DNA of 44,824 nt from a virus (Duplodnaviria > Heunggongvirae > Uroviricota > Caudoviricetes), in IMG/VR virus record IMGVR_UViG_647533158_000002; one strand, given 5' to 3'. Below, in pieces: positions 1 through 8,448 of the stretch. A model generated the notes under the pieces. It did no database searches and was not told where the DNA came from. It saw only the letters and a list, made by a program, of their open reading frames with translations. The translations under genes were made by a program, and so were the position numbers. The first letter of the stretch is position 1, and the number at the start of each line of letters is the position of its first letter.

Positions 1-1164
1 TTACGCCTTCTTTATATCCTCCATAATTCCAGAGTGGGACATATTTGGGACATTATCACCAAAAATGTCGTCTATTTTCCTCGCATGCTCTGTCAAATGA
101 TTAGGCGCAAGGTGAGCATACCTACGAACCATTTCTATGGACTCCCATCCGCCCATTTCCTGAAGCACTGATAATGGGACGCCTGACTGAATCAGCCAGC
201 TTGCCCAGGTGTGTCTGAGGTCATGGAAACGGAAATCTTCAATTCCTGCACGACGACAAGCTGATAGCCATGATGTCTTGCTGTCGATGCGCATCTTCCT
301 GACCGCAGGCGTTGATGTTCCATCTGCTCGCTTAGCCGCCTTGGTATGTACAAACACCCATTTGTGATGCTTGCCTATTTGATCACGCAACACTTTACAG
401 GCGGTATCGTTCAGCGCCACACCAATGGCGCGGTTTGATTTGCTCTCTTCTGGATTCACCCAGGCAACTCGTCGCTGCATGTCGATTTGTTGCCATTCCA
501 GATTTATGATGTTCGACTTTCTCAGACCAGTTGCCAGCGCAAACTTGACGACAGATTTCAGTGGTTCGGGGCACTCATCAATAAGGCGTTTTGCTTCCTC
601 CTTTTCCAGCCATCTGACTCGCTTGTTTCTGACCGCTGGTATCTTGATGACAGGCGCTTTTTCCAGCCACTTCCAGTCGCGTTCTGCAGCACGGAGAATG
701 GCCTTTATCATGGCAAGATGCTTTGCCTTTGTCTGAGTTGATACTGGCTTTGGTTCATAAACAGGCGGTTCTTTACCTTTCCTGATGGCGGCCTGAACTT
801 TCTGTTTCCATATTTCTTTCGTCTTTCTGTTATGCATTCTGCTTACAGCAGAGTAAATCTTTGCCTCCGAGATATCTTTAAGCCTTATACCCTCAAAATG
901 TTCAAGCCAGAACTCAATCCGGCTTTTATCTGAATCGAGAGATTTTTTATCAGCTTTTTCCTCAAGCCATCTTAGGCAGGCCTCTTCAAAAGTGACATCA
1001 GGTAAATCCCCTAGCTTTTCTACTCGCCAGAGTTCTGCTTTTCGCTTGTCGTGCAACTCCTGAGCTTGCCGCTTGTCCTTTGTGCCAAGAGATTCCTTAA
1101 TTCGTTTCCCGCCCGGGAGCGAATACGAGGCATACCATATTTCATTTCTGCGGAAGAGTGACAT
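1..1164 (-). CDS. int: tyrosine-type site-specific integrase (lambdoid, DLP12-type Int)
   Basis: 387 aa ORF; C-terminal HDLRHT...RYAH tyrosine-recombinase motifs; ATG at 1162-1164 with upstream AGGAAAG RBS; stop is first codon of window; recognised from memory as DLP12-type integrase. Confidence 0.9.
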   Translation of the reverse strand: MSLFRRNEIWYASYSLPGGKRIKESLGTKDKRQAQELHDKRKAELWRVEKLGDLPDVTFEEACLRWLEEKADKKSLDSDKSRIEFWLEHFEGIRLKDISEAKIYSAVSRMHNRKTKEIWKQKVQAAIRKGKEPPVYEPKPVSTQTKAKHLAMIKAILRAAERDWKWLEKAPVIKIPAVRNKRVRWLEKEEAKRLIDECPEPLKSVVKFALATGLRKSNIINLEWQQIDMQRRVAWVNPEESKSNRAIGVALNDTACKVLRDQIGKHHKWVFVHTKAAKRADGTSTPAVRKMRIDSKTSWLSACRRAGIEDFRFHDLRHTWASWLIQSGVPLSVLQEMGGWESIEMVRRYAHLAPNHLTEHARKIDDIFGDNVPNMSHSGIMEDIKKA

Positions 1165-1391
1165 TTTCTTTCCTCTGTTATGCCATCACCCGCGCTCACC
1201 TGGACAGTATGCAGCGGAGACTGAAGCGCCGCAATGCAGGCTTGCCGTGTTGTGAGGTAAGGAGATTTTGGCTTGGTTGGATCTTTACGTGTTGCCTGTA
1301 GGCGGCCTGTTCGTATCCAGTTGGTGGCGGTTGGTCTGGATATCTTAAGAAACTGACAGGCCTCATCGAGTGTGAGGCTGTATGATTCCAT
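1020..1391 (-). CDS. xis: excisionase-like HTH protein (Xis); 3' end overlaps int
   Basis: ATG at 1391 preceded by GAGG; N-terminal [31 protein letters not shown] is an AlpA/Xis-type HTH; lies immediately upstream of int as in lambda; frame stays open about 145 nt into int, so the true 3' end is uncertain. Confidence 0.55.
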   Translation of the reverse strand: MESYSLTLDEACQFLKISRPTATNWIRTGRLQATRKDPTKPKSPYLTTRQACIAALQSPLHTVQVSAGDGITEERKCHSSAEMKYGMPRIRSRAGNELRNLLAQRTSGKLRSCTTSEKQNSGE

Positions 1392-1641
1392 GGTTACCTC
1401 TGCTTTTTGAACGCATGTCACGTAACTTCTTAATGTGTTCTGCCGTTTCGATCTCTTCTGCTATCCGATCTGCATCAGCTTTATTCACAGGTTCAAAGTC
1501 ATGATTAAAGCGGAACATGCTGGCGATACATGTTCTGCCTTTTCGGATGTAGTGAACTTTGTTGTGGGTAGAACGCAGGATTTTGCAGGGAGTGCCGTGG
1601 TGGTCGACGTACCAGGTGTTAGGAAAAATGATTCTGAACAT
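1363..1641 (-). CDS. hypothetical protein (early-left operon)
   Basis: 92 aa ORF, ATG at 1641 with GAGGTG RBS 6 nt upstream; co-directional with flanking pL-operon genes. Confidence 0.5.
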   Translation of the reverse strand: MFRIIFPNTWYVDHHGTPCKILRSTHNKVHYIRKGRTCIASMFRFNHDFEPVNKADADRIAEEIETAEHIKKLRDMRSKSRGNHGIIQPHTR

Positions 1642-1688
1642 TTTTACACCTCAGTTGGACGATGTTGAAATTTGCTGCTTTGAGGCCA

Positions 1689-1907
1689 TCACAGTCCCCA
1701 TTGTTTGTTCTTAAGTTCGATCTCCTCCTGGCAACTTGCACAAGTCCGACAACCCTGAACAGCCAGGCGTCTTCGCTCATCTATCGGATCGCCACACTCA
1801 CAACAATGAGTTGCGGATACAGTCTGGTAGTTCAGACGACGCATTTTTATTGCTGTATTGCGCTGTAATTCTTCGATTTCTGATGCCGAATCAATGATGT
1901 CTGCCAT
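1689..1907 (-). CDS. TraR/DksA-family C4 zinc-finger protein
   Basis: 72 aa; CxxC...CxxC pair (CCECGDPIDERRR...CRTCASC) typical of phage TraR-like proteins. Confidence 0.7.
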   Translation of the reverse strand: MADIIDSASEIEELQRNTAIKMRRLNYQTVSATHCCECGDPIDERRRLAVQGCRTCASCQEEIELKNKQWGL

Positions 1908-2005
1908 CTTCCATTAATCCCTGAATTGTTGGTTAATACGCTTGAGGATGAATGCGAACAATAAAAAAGGAGCCTGTAGCTCCCTGATGATTTTGCTTTT
2001 CATGT

Positions 2006-2221
2006 TCACCGTTCCTTAAAGACGCCGTTTAACATGCCGATCGCCAGGCTTAAATGAGTCGGTGTGAATCCCATCAGCGTTACCGTTTCGCGGTGCTTCT
2101 TCAGTACGCTACGGCAAATGTCATCGACGTTTTTATCCGGAAACTGCTGTCTGGCTTTTTTGATTTCAGAATTAGCCTGACGGGCAATGCTGCGAAGGGC
2201 GTTTTCCTGCTGAGGTGTCAT
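2006..2221 (-). CDS. hypothetical protein (small lambda early-left ORF-like)
   Basis: ORF in early-left block; internal ATG at 2221 (MTPQQENALRS...) chosen over the longer alternative-start form to avoid overlap with the next gene. Confidence 0.4.
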   Translation of the reverse strand: MTPQQENALRSIARQANSEIKKARQQFPDKNVDDICRSVLKKHRETVTLMGFTPTHLSLAIGMLNGVFKER

Positions 2222-2297
2222 TGAACAAGTCCCATGTCGGCAAGCATAAGCACACAGAATATGAAGCCCGCTGCCAGAAAAATGCATTCCGTGGTTG

Positions 2298-2489
2298 TCA
2301 TACCTGGTCTCTCTCATCTGCTTCTGCTTTCGCCACCATCATTTCCAGCTTTTGTGAAAGGGATGCGGCTAACGTATGAAATTCTTCGTCTGTTTCTACT
2401 GGTATTGGCACAAACCTGGCTCCAATTTGAGCGAGGCTATGTGCCATCTCGATACTCGTTCTTAACTCAACGGGAGATGCTTTGTGCAT
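2298..2489 (-). CDS. hypothetical protein, lambda orf63-like
   Basis: 63 aa [26 protein letters not shown]...; position and sequence resemble lambda orf63 from memory. Confidence 0.5.
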   Translation of the reverse strand: MHKASPVELRTSIEMAHSLAQIGARFVPIPVETDEEFHTLAASLSQKLEMMVAKAEADERDQV

Positions 2490-2650
2490 ACAGCTCCCCG
2501 TTTATTATTTATCTCCTCAGCCAGCCGCTGTGCTTTCAGGGGATTTCGGATAACAGAAAGGCCGGGAAATACCCAGCCTCGCTTCGTAACGGAGTAGACG
2601 AAAGTGATCGTGCCTACGCGGATATTATCGTGAGGATGTTTCATCGCCAT
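2462..2650 (-). CDS. hypothetical protein, lambda orf60a-like
   Basis: 62 aa ORF immediately upstream of exo, overlapping the exo start by a few nt as in lambda. Confidence 0.45.
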   Translation of the reverse strand: MAMKHPHDNIRVGTITFVYSVTKRGWVFPGLSVIRNPLKAQRLAEEINNKRGAVCTKHLPLS

Positions 2651-3321
2651 TGCTCCCCAAATACAAAACCAATTTCAGCCAGTGCCTCGTCCATTTTTTC
2701 GATGAACTCCGGCACCATCTCGTCAAAACTCGCTATATACTTTTCATTCCGCTCAATCACGACATAATGCAGGCCTTCACGCTTCATACGCGGGTCATAG
2801 TTGGCAAAGTACCAGGCATCTTTTCGCGTCACCCACATGCTGTACTGCACCTGGGCCATGTAAGCCGACTTTATGGCCTCGAAACCACCGAGCCGGAATT
2901 TCATGAAATCCCGGGAGGTAAACGGGCATTTCAGCTCAAGGCCATTGCCGTCACTGCATAAACCATCGGGAGAGCAGGCGGTGCGCATACTTTCGTCGCG
3001 ATAGATGATCGGGGATTCAATAACATTTACGCCGGAAGTGAACTCAAACAGGGTTCTGGCGTCGTTCTCGTACTGTTTTCCCCAGGCCAGCGCTTTAGCG
3101 TTAACTTCCGGAGCCACACCGGTGCAAACCTCAGCCAGCAGGGTGTGGAAGTAGGACATTTTCATGTCAGGCCACTTCTTTCCTGATCGGGGCTTTGCTA
3201 TCACGTTGTGAACTTCTGAAGCGGTGATGACGCCGAGCCGTAATTTGTGCCATGCATCATCCCCCTGTTCGACAGCTCTCACGTCGATCCCGGTACGCTG
3301 CAGGATAATGTACGGTGTCAT
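2641..3321 (-). CDS. exo: lambda exonuclease (Red-alpha)
   Basis: 226 aa; translation [40 protein letters not shown]... recognised as lambda Exo; 4-nt overlap with bet. Confidence 0.95.
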   Translation of the reverse strand: MTPYIILQRTGIDVRAVEQGDDAWHKLRLGVITASEVHNVIAKPRSGKKWPDMKMSYFHTLLAEVCTGVAPEVNAKALAWGKQYENDARTLFEFTSGVNVIESPIIYRDESMRTACSPDGLCSDGNGLELKCPFTSRDFMKFRLGGFEAIKSAYMAQVQYSMWVTRKDAWYFANYDPRMKREGLHYVVIERNEKYIASFDEMVPEFIEKMDEALAEIGFVFGEQWR

Positions 3322-4103
3322 GCTGCCACCTTCTGCTCAGTGGCTTTCTGTTTCAGGAATCCAAGAGCTTTCACTGCTTCGGCCTGTGTCAGTTCTGACG
3401 ATGCACGAATGTCGCGGCGAAATATCTGGGAACAGAGCGGCAATAAGTCGTCATCCCATGTTTTATCCAGGGCGATCAGCAGAGTGTTAATCTCCTGCAT
3501 GGTTTCATCGTTAACCGGAGTGATGTCGCGTTCCGGCTGACGTTCTGCAGTGTATGCAGTATTTTCGACAATGCGCTCGGCTTCATCCTTGTCATAGATA
3601 CCAGCAAATCCGAAGGCCAGACGGGCACACTGAATCATGGCTTTATGCCGTAACATCCGTTTGGGATGCGACTGCCACGGCCCCGTAATTTCTCTGCCTT
3701 CGCGGGTTTTGAATGGTTCGCGGCGGCATTCATCCATCCACTCGGTAACGCAGATCGGATGATTGCGGTCCTTGCGGTAAATCCGGCATGTACAGGATTC
3801 GTTGTCCTGCTCAAAGTCCATGCCATCAAACTGCTGGTTTTCATTGATGATGCGGGACCAGCCATCAACGCCCACCACCGGAACGATGCCATTCTGCTTA
3901 TCAGGAAAGGCGTAAATTTCTTTCGTCCATGGATTAAGGCCGTACTGGTTGGCAACGATCAGTAATGCGATGAACTGCGCATCGCTGGCATCACCTTTAA
4001 ATGCCGTCTGGCGAAGAGTGGTGATCAGTTCCTGTGGGTCGACAGAATCCATGCCGACACGTTCAGCCAGCTTCCCTGCCAGCGTTGCGAGTGCTGTACT
4101 CAT
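3318..4103 (-). CDS. bet: single-strand annealing protein Bet (Red-beta)
   Basis: 261 aa; [59 protein letters not shown]... recognised as lambda Bet. Confidence 0.95.
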   Translation of the reverse strand: MSTALATLAGKLAERVGMDSVDPQELITTLRQTAFKGDASDAQFIALLIVANQYGLNPWTKEIYAFPDKQNGIVPVVGVDGWSRIINENQQFDGMDFEQDNESCTCRIYRKDRNHPICVTEWMDECRREPFKTREGREITGPWQSHPKRMLRHKAMIQCARLAFGFAGIYDKDEAERIVENTAYTAERQPERDITPVNDETMQEINTLLIALDKTWDDDLLPLCSQIFRRDIRASSELTQAEAVKALGFLKQKATEQKVAA

Positions 4104-4108
4104 CCGTT

Positions 4109-4405
4109 TTATACCTCTGAATCAATATCAACCTGGTGGTGAGCAATGGTTTCAACCATGTACTGGATGTGTTCTGCCATGCGCTCCTGAAACTCAACAT
4201 CGTCATCAAACGCACGGGTAATGGCTTTTTTGCTGGCCCCGTGGCGTTGCAAATGATCGATGCATAGCGATTCAAACAGGTGCTGGGGCAGGCCTTTTTC
4301 CATGTCGTCTGCCAGTTCTGCCTCTTTCTCTTCACGGGCGATCTGCTGGTAGTGACGCGCCCAGCTCTGAGCCTCAAGACGATCCTGAATGTAATAAGCG
4401 TTCAT
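4109..4405 (-). CDS. gam: host RecBCD nuclease inhibitor Gam
   Basis: 98 aa; [44 protein letters not shown]... recognised as lambda Gam (short form); AGGAGG RBS upstream. Confidence 0.9.
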   Translation of the reverse strand: MNAYYIQDRLEAQSWARHYQQIAREEKEAELADDMEKGLPQHLFESLCIDHLQRHGASKKAITRAFDDDVEFQERMAEHIQYMVETIAHHQVDIDSEV

Positions 4406-4480
4406 GGCTGACCTCCTGAAAATGGCTGTGAAAATATCGCCCGCGAAATGCCAGGCTGATTAGGAAAACAGGAAAGGGGA

Positions 4481-4858
4481 TTAGTGATTCAGGCCGTTAC
4501 CGCGTCCGTCGAGAAAAACTTCCACGAGCAAATCACGGGTATAAGTGCGCTCGATGCCGCGATGCAGATAAAGCCGTCCGCGTAAATTAGCTGATGCAGT
4601 CCAGGTACCATCTTTGTGTTTGACCAGCATTCCTGGCATGACCGCACCTCGATTAACGGTCTGCGTTCCATAATGTTGATGAACCATAAAAACTCCTGCC
4701 CGTAAGCTGGGCTGCTGAACATATAGAGACTTCTGCGCGTATTCAGGCGGTGGATGGCCGCCGGTTGTCATAACTAAGCCGCCTCGTTGAAGCGACTGAG
4801 GTATGAAGTGTTGAGTTGATTTCAGCTGGTCACACCGACGTTCACGCGTCCGCTTCAC
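4481..4858 (-). CDS. hypothetical protein in the N slot; possible N-like antiterminator (Arg-rich N-terminus)
   Basis: Only ORF between the putative pL/OL region and gam; from GTG at 4858 (GGAG 7 nt upstream) the N-terminus reads MKRTRERR..., resembling the lambda N arginine-rich motif; rest of protein not recognisable; start codon and function uncertain. Confidence 0.3.
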   Translation of the reverse strand: MKRTRERRCDQLKSTQHFIPQSLQRGGLVMTTGGHPPPEYAQKSLYVQQPSLRAGVFMVHQHYGTQTVNRGAVMPGMLVKHKDGTWTASANLRGRLYLHRGIERTYTRDLLVEVFLDGRGNGLNH

Positions 4859-4959
4859 CCCTCGCACTCCCCGGAGCCTGCTGAAATTCAAGCTGCGGAT
4901 CTAAGCGGTCATCGCAACGGTGAATCAGGTGGTTGCCGTATCGTTGTGTTGTTGCGATG

Positions 4960-5060
4960 AATTTATTTAAAACTATAGTTGTTTTATCGTCAACAACAAA
5001 AGTTGTTTTATTGGTTGTTTTAGATGTAACTGGTTGTATTTAGGATGGGTTTATTTTGTG
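4960..5060 (-). promoter_or_regulatory. putative pL promoter with OL-like operator repeats
   Basis: Minus strand: -35 TTGACG (plus 4988-4993), 17-nt spacer, -10 TTAAAT (plus 4965-4970); overlapping repeats GTTGTT / AACAAC-aaaa-GTTGTT and TGGTTGTT that recur in the OR region. Confidence 0.4.
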
Positions 5061-5130
5061 ACTTGCATCGCATAGCGATAACTGAAGGGAGATTGTGGTG
5101 GTTTTTTGAACGGTATATGTGATGAGGGGA

Positions 5131-5163
5131 GGGGATAAAAGAAAACCCGGCACGGTGGCCGGG
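5131..5163 (-). terminator. rho-independent terminator closing the cI-kinase-phosphatase transcription unit
   Basis: Minus strand CCCGGCCACCGTGCCGGG hairpin followed by TTTTCTTTT, directly after the phosphatase stop. Confidence 0.6.
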
Positions 5164-5167
5164 AAGT

Positions 5168-5911
5168 TTACAAATACTTTACATTTACCGCTATAAGAGA
5201 ATAATCGTCAGTCGGGCCTTTTGTCTCTATTCTTCGCATTAGGCTGGAGGCAAACCTTGATGCGGTTGACAATGTACGGTAAGAAAATCGTGGGCGTTGC
5301 TCCCAAAAGGTATGCGCGCCATCAGACATGATGAATAGAGATAGAACACCATCGTCAAGAGGAAGTTCATCTTTATCAATATTTATGACTTGATGTTGAA
5401 GGGGGATCTTGGCAGCAAGTGCAGTTGTAATAATATTTTTACCTTTTGCATTTTTGAGCTGTCGAGCTGTATAAATACCGCTATCTATCAACATTTGATG
5501 TTGAGTATGATCTGTTGTTAATTGGATTAGCTTATTTCCATTTTTTAAATAAACACGACAGTCACCTACATGTATAATTGTTAGACCTTGATTGTGAAGT
5601 AGGCACATTGTTAAAGTTGTAGCAGCAGATGCTAATTCTTTATCAACTGACGAAAGAGATGCCACCTTTTCTTGTAGGGTCTTAAGTAAGGATAAGACAT
5701 TGTCTTCATGAGTGAAGCTGTCTTTAATACTATACAAATGATTTATTACTGCTGCAGATGCTTCTTTTCCTCCTTTATAACCACCAACCCCATCAGCTAT
5801 AGCCATAAGATAACCATTTGGTGTTTGAAGTGGATAAAGCACGCTATCTTGATTTTCCCTGCCATTATGTTTTGGTACAGAAAATATGGATGATGAGAGT
5901 ATGCTAATCAT
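5168..5911 (-). CDS. PP2C-family (PPM) Ser/Thr protein phosphatase
   Basis: 247 aa; PP2C motifs visible: AIADGVGG, HVGDCRVY, LIDSG, MSDGAH; ATG overlaps the kinase TGA stop (ATGA) indicating translational coupling; AT-rich codon usage. Confidence 0.8.
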   Translation of the reverse strand: MISILSSSIFSVPKHNGRENQDSVLYPLQTPNGYLMAIADGVGGYKGGKEASAAVINHLYSIKDSFTHEDNVLSLLKTLQEKVASLSSVDKELASAATTLTMCLLHNQGLTIIHVGDCRVYLKNGNKLIQLTTDHTQHQMLIDSGIYTARQLKNAKGKNIITTALAAKIPLQHQVINIDKDELPLDDGVLSLFIMSDGAHTFWEQRPRFSYRTLSTASRFASSLMRRIETKGPTDDYSLIAVNVKYL

Positions 5912-6633
5912 AAGCGTTTCAACTCCAATTCCTCAAAGATCTGCTCTACGGTCAGGAATCTTTTGTTAAGTTGTCTATGCGTACATTTGTTTATTATATC
6001 ATCAAAACCATCAATATTTAATTCTTCAATTAAAATACCAATTGAATATATATCTGATTGTTTTGAATATCCGTTGAGGAAAACGTTGTAATCAAAGTAT
6101 TTAGGAGTAGCGGGGTATTGGCCAATTTGTGTTAATAGCTGTGTATTGGCATCTGGTGACACATTTTTTGCAAGGCCGAAGTCAGATAACTTATAAATTC
6201 CATCTTTAAATTTTAGTACATTTAGTGGTTTTATATCCCGATGAAGATATCCTTTCTTATGAATCCATCCGACGGCATTTAGTACCATTTTTACAATAGA
6301 GATTTTTTCAGCCTTTGTAAGAGTTCCACTTTTTATTTCTTCTTCAAGATTTGTTTCTGCTAGTTCCATTACGAACCAAGGCTGAGCATTCTGTAAGTGG
6401 CATATGAATATTTGGACAATATTAGTATGCAGGCATTCAGTTTGATATCTTACTTCTCGTTCAAATCTGGTAAAGAGTTCAGGATCTGTTGCATCAGGTC
6501 GTAAAATTTTTCTGGCATATAGACCACAAATTTTTCTTTGTGAGTTATATAACCTTATTTTTTCTACAAGGCCAAAACCGCCAGAACCAATTACTTCTAG
6601 GGGTTCTATTAGGTAATTCCCACGTTCTTCCAT
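5908..6633 (-). CDS. Hanks-type (eukaryotic-like) Ser/Thr protein kinase
   Basis: 241 aa; Gly-rich loop IGSGGFGLV, catalytic loop HRDIKPLN, DFG motif (LSDFGLAK); AAGGA RBS 7 nt upstream of ATG at 6633; AT-rich relative to flanks. Confidence 0.85.
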   Translation of the reverse strand: MEERGNYLIEPLEVIGSGGFGLVEKIRLYNSQRKICGLYARKILRPDATDPELFTRFEREVRYQTECLHTNIVQIFICHLQNAQPWFVMELAETNLEEEIKSGTLTKAEKISIVKMVLNAVGWIHKKGYLHRDIKPLNVLKFKDGIYKLSDFGLAKNVSPDANTQLLTQIGQYPATPKYFDYNVFLNGYSKQSDIYSIGILIEELNIDGFDDIINKCTHRQLNKRFLTVEQIFEELELKRL

Positions 6634-6728
6634 TGTTCATCCTTTTAAGTTAGACAAAAGGAAAAATATAATGCAATGTTATCGATGCTTTTTTGAAGCC
6701 AAAGTTAACTTGTTGAATTTATGTCGAA

Positions 6729-7418
6729 TTATCCATGCTTCCTATACGTCTGCGGCATGCTCCCGATGACTTTCCCGAAGATGAATACCCGGTTCATCTC
6801 GTCTTTCTCGATTGGGTCCCACGGTGAGTAGCTCTTGTTATCAGAGATAACCAGCAGTTTATCCTTCATCATTTGCAGGCGCTTTACATGGGCTGTGTCG
6901 TCGTACAGAAACGCATAGATACCATCACCGTCGAAAGATTTAACCGTGATATCAACGAACAGCAGATCACCTGGTTCGATCGTTCCTGACATGCTGTCAC
7001 CGCGTACGTTAATGATACGGATATTTTCCGCCTTCCTGCCATCGAACATGTGACGAGCATCGTCAAACGAATACTCAACCGAACGTAGAACTTCTACAAA
7101 CTCACGGTTGATGACTCCCGGCCCGGCACTCACTTCGATATCAAGAACGTCAATCTTAAAGTATTTGGAATGGCTGACAGTTGTTTGTATTGGTTGCACT
7201 GTACTGTCTGACATATTTCCAACGCCAGAAGATAACCATTCTGCGCGCACACCCAAAGCGTTCGCGATCTCCACGATTTTAGTTGTTTGGTTAGCTTTCC
7301 CTGTTTCGATTTTCTGAATAGCTGCTTGGCTAACCCCGACCAAATCCCCAAGCGCCTTTTGTGTAAGGCCTCGCGCTAATCTGGCTTCTTTAAGTCTTTC
7401 TGAGAGTGTTGTTTTCAT
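6729..7418 (-). CDS. cI: CI-type prophage repressor (HTH_XRE N-domain + S24 LexA-like peptidase C-domain)
   Basis: HTH LTQKALGDLVGVSQAAIQKIE; Ala-Gly cleavage site (SAGPG); catalytic GDSM and VKRL motifs; start placed at ATG 7418 (MKTTLSE...) rather than upstream alternative start so that an operator region remains. Confidence 0.85.
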   Translation of the reverse strand: MKTTLSERLKEARLARGLTQKALGDLVGVSQAAIQKIETGKANQTTKIVEIANALGVRAEWLSSGVGNMSDSTVQPIQTTVSHSKYFKIDVLDIEVSAGPGVINREFVEVLRSVEYSFDDARHMFDGRKAENIRIINVRGDSMSGTIEPGDLLFVDITVKSFDGDGIYAFLYDDTAHVKRLQMMKDKLLVISDNKSYSPWDPIEKDEMNRVFIFGKVIGSMPQTYRKHG

Positions 7419-7522
7419 AGTCCAAATGTACAACCAAGGTTTTATTTCATCAAACGAAAATGGTTGTTGACTAAAAACAACCATGGTTTTAATCTTGATT
7501 CAAATTAACCACGGAGGTTGTT
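7419..7522. promoter_or_regulatory. OR-like operator/promoter region (divergent pRM / pR)
   Basis: Between divergent cI and cro; inverted repeats AACC-aa-GGTT (7432-7441), TGGTTGTT-n7-AACAACCA (7461-7484), CAACCATGGTT (7479-7489); plus-strand -35 TTGACT at 7467-7472 with candidate -10 TAATCT 17 nt downstream; cro RBS GGAGG. Confidence 0.5.
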
Positions 7523-7753
7523 ATGAACCCAGCCATCAAAACAGCGATCAATATCGTTGGTTCACAAAAGAAACTAGGCGCTGCCTGCGAAGTTTCACAG
7601 CAGGCCGTCTATAAGTGGCTTCACAACAAAGCAAAGGTATCCCCTGAACATGTCGGCAGCATTGTTACGGCTACTGGTGGAGTAGTGAAGGCATACCAGA
7701 TTCGCCCGGATCTTCCGAAGTTGTTTCCACACACTGAAAAGAACGCAGCTTAA
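7523..7753 (+). CDS. cro: Cro-like HTH repressor
   Basis: 76 aa, HTH (QKKLGAACEVSQQAVYKW), divergent from cI, strong RBS. Confidence 0.8.
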   Translation: MNPAIKTAINIVGSQKKLGAACEVSQQAVYKWLHNKAKVSPEHVGSIVTATGGVVKAYQIRPDLPKLFPHTEKNAA

Positions 7754-7822
7754 ATTTCCATTTCACGCTCTTTAACAATAAGCAATCAACTTAACAGTCA
7801 ATTCAAACTAAAGGAGTCAATT

Positions 7823-8362
7823 ATGCAACCACTTACATACCAACAGACTAGCGGATTTAGCCCGACTGCGGTGATAAATCGTTCTCAAACAAAACAAGCT
7901 CCAGGCCACGAAAAAATCCGTGATGCCGTCCGCGCCTGGTCGGCTGTAGATAATCAGGATGTCGTTGCCGCACTCATTGTGAATGAGTATCGGGAGCAGG
8001 GCGGCGGCACCATCGATTTCCCTGATGATGTCAGCCGTGCACGCCAGAAGCTGTTCCGCTTCCTCGATAACAAATTCGATTCTGAAAAATACAGAAATAA
8101 CGTGCGTGAACTGACCCCGGCAATTCTGGCGGTACTACCGCTGGAATATCGCGGTTACCTAGTTGAGCAGGATAGCTTCATGGCTCGGCTGGCTGAAATG
8201 GAAAAGGAACTCAGTGAGGCAAAGCAGGCGGTCATTCTCAACGCACCACGCCACCAGAAACTGAAGGAGATGAGTGAAGGCATTGTGTCGATGTTTCGAG
8301 TAGACCCGGATCTGGCTGGTCCACTGATGGCAATGGTCACCACCATGCTGGGGGCAATATGA
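7823..8362 (+). CDS. cII-slot protein (CII/YdaT-like family suspected), function uncertain
   Basis: 179 aa ORF with AAGGAG RBS between cro and O where lambda has cII; not similar to lambda CII by eye. Confidence 0.55.
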   Translation: MQPLTYQQTSGFSPTAVINRSQTKQAPGHEKIRDAVRAWSAVDNQDVVAALIVNEYREQGGGTIDFPDDVSRARQKLFRFLDNKFDSEKYRNNVRELTPAILAVLPLEYRGYLVEQDSFMARLAEMEKELSEAKQAVILNAPRHQKLKEMSEGIVSMFRVDPDLAGPLMAMVTTMLGAI

Positions 8363-8448
8363 CAGGTTCAGAAATGGCGAAAGCCGGTCTGCTGGAACAG
8401 AACCGACTTTCAGGTGCAAATCGTAACACACTCATTGCGGGAGGAATT

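Noticed and set aside
425-741. Two plus-strand ORFs (103 and 84 aa) inside the integrase gene
   Set aside because: Antisense to a complete, motif-bearing integrase; no independent support.
4481-4891. Full 136-aa ORF from the TTG start as the N-slot protein
   Set aside because: TTG start has no RBS and a stop lies three codons upstream; an in-frame GTG at 4858 has a GGAG RBS. The start remains uncertain (the ATG at 4771 is also possible).
6729-7484. Longer cI form starting at the upstream ATG (7484)
   Set aside because: It would consume most of the cI-cro intergenic region including the operator-like palindromes and -35 element; ATG 7418 (MKTTLSE...) gives a standard repressor N-terminus.
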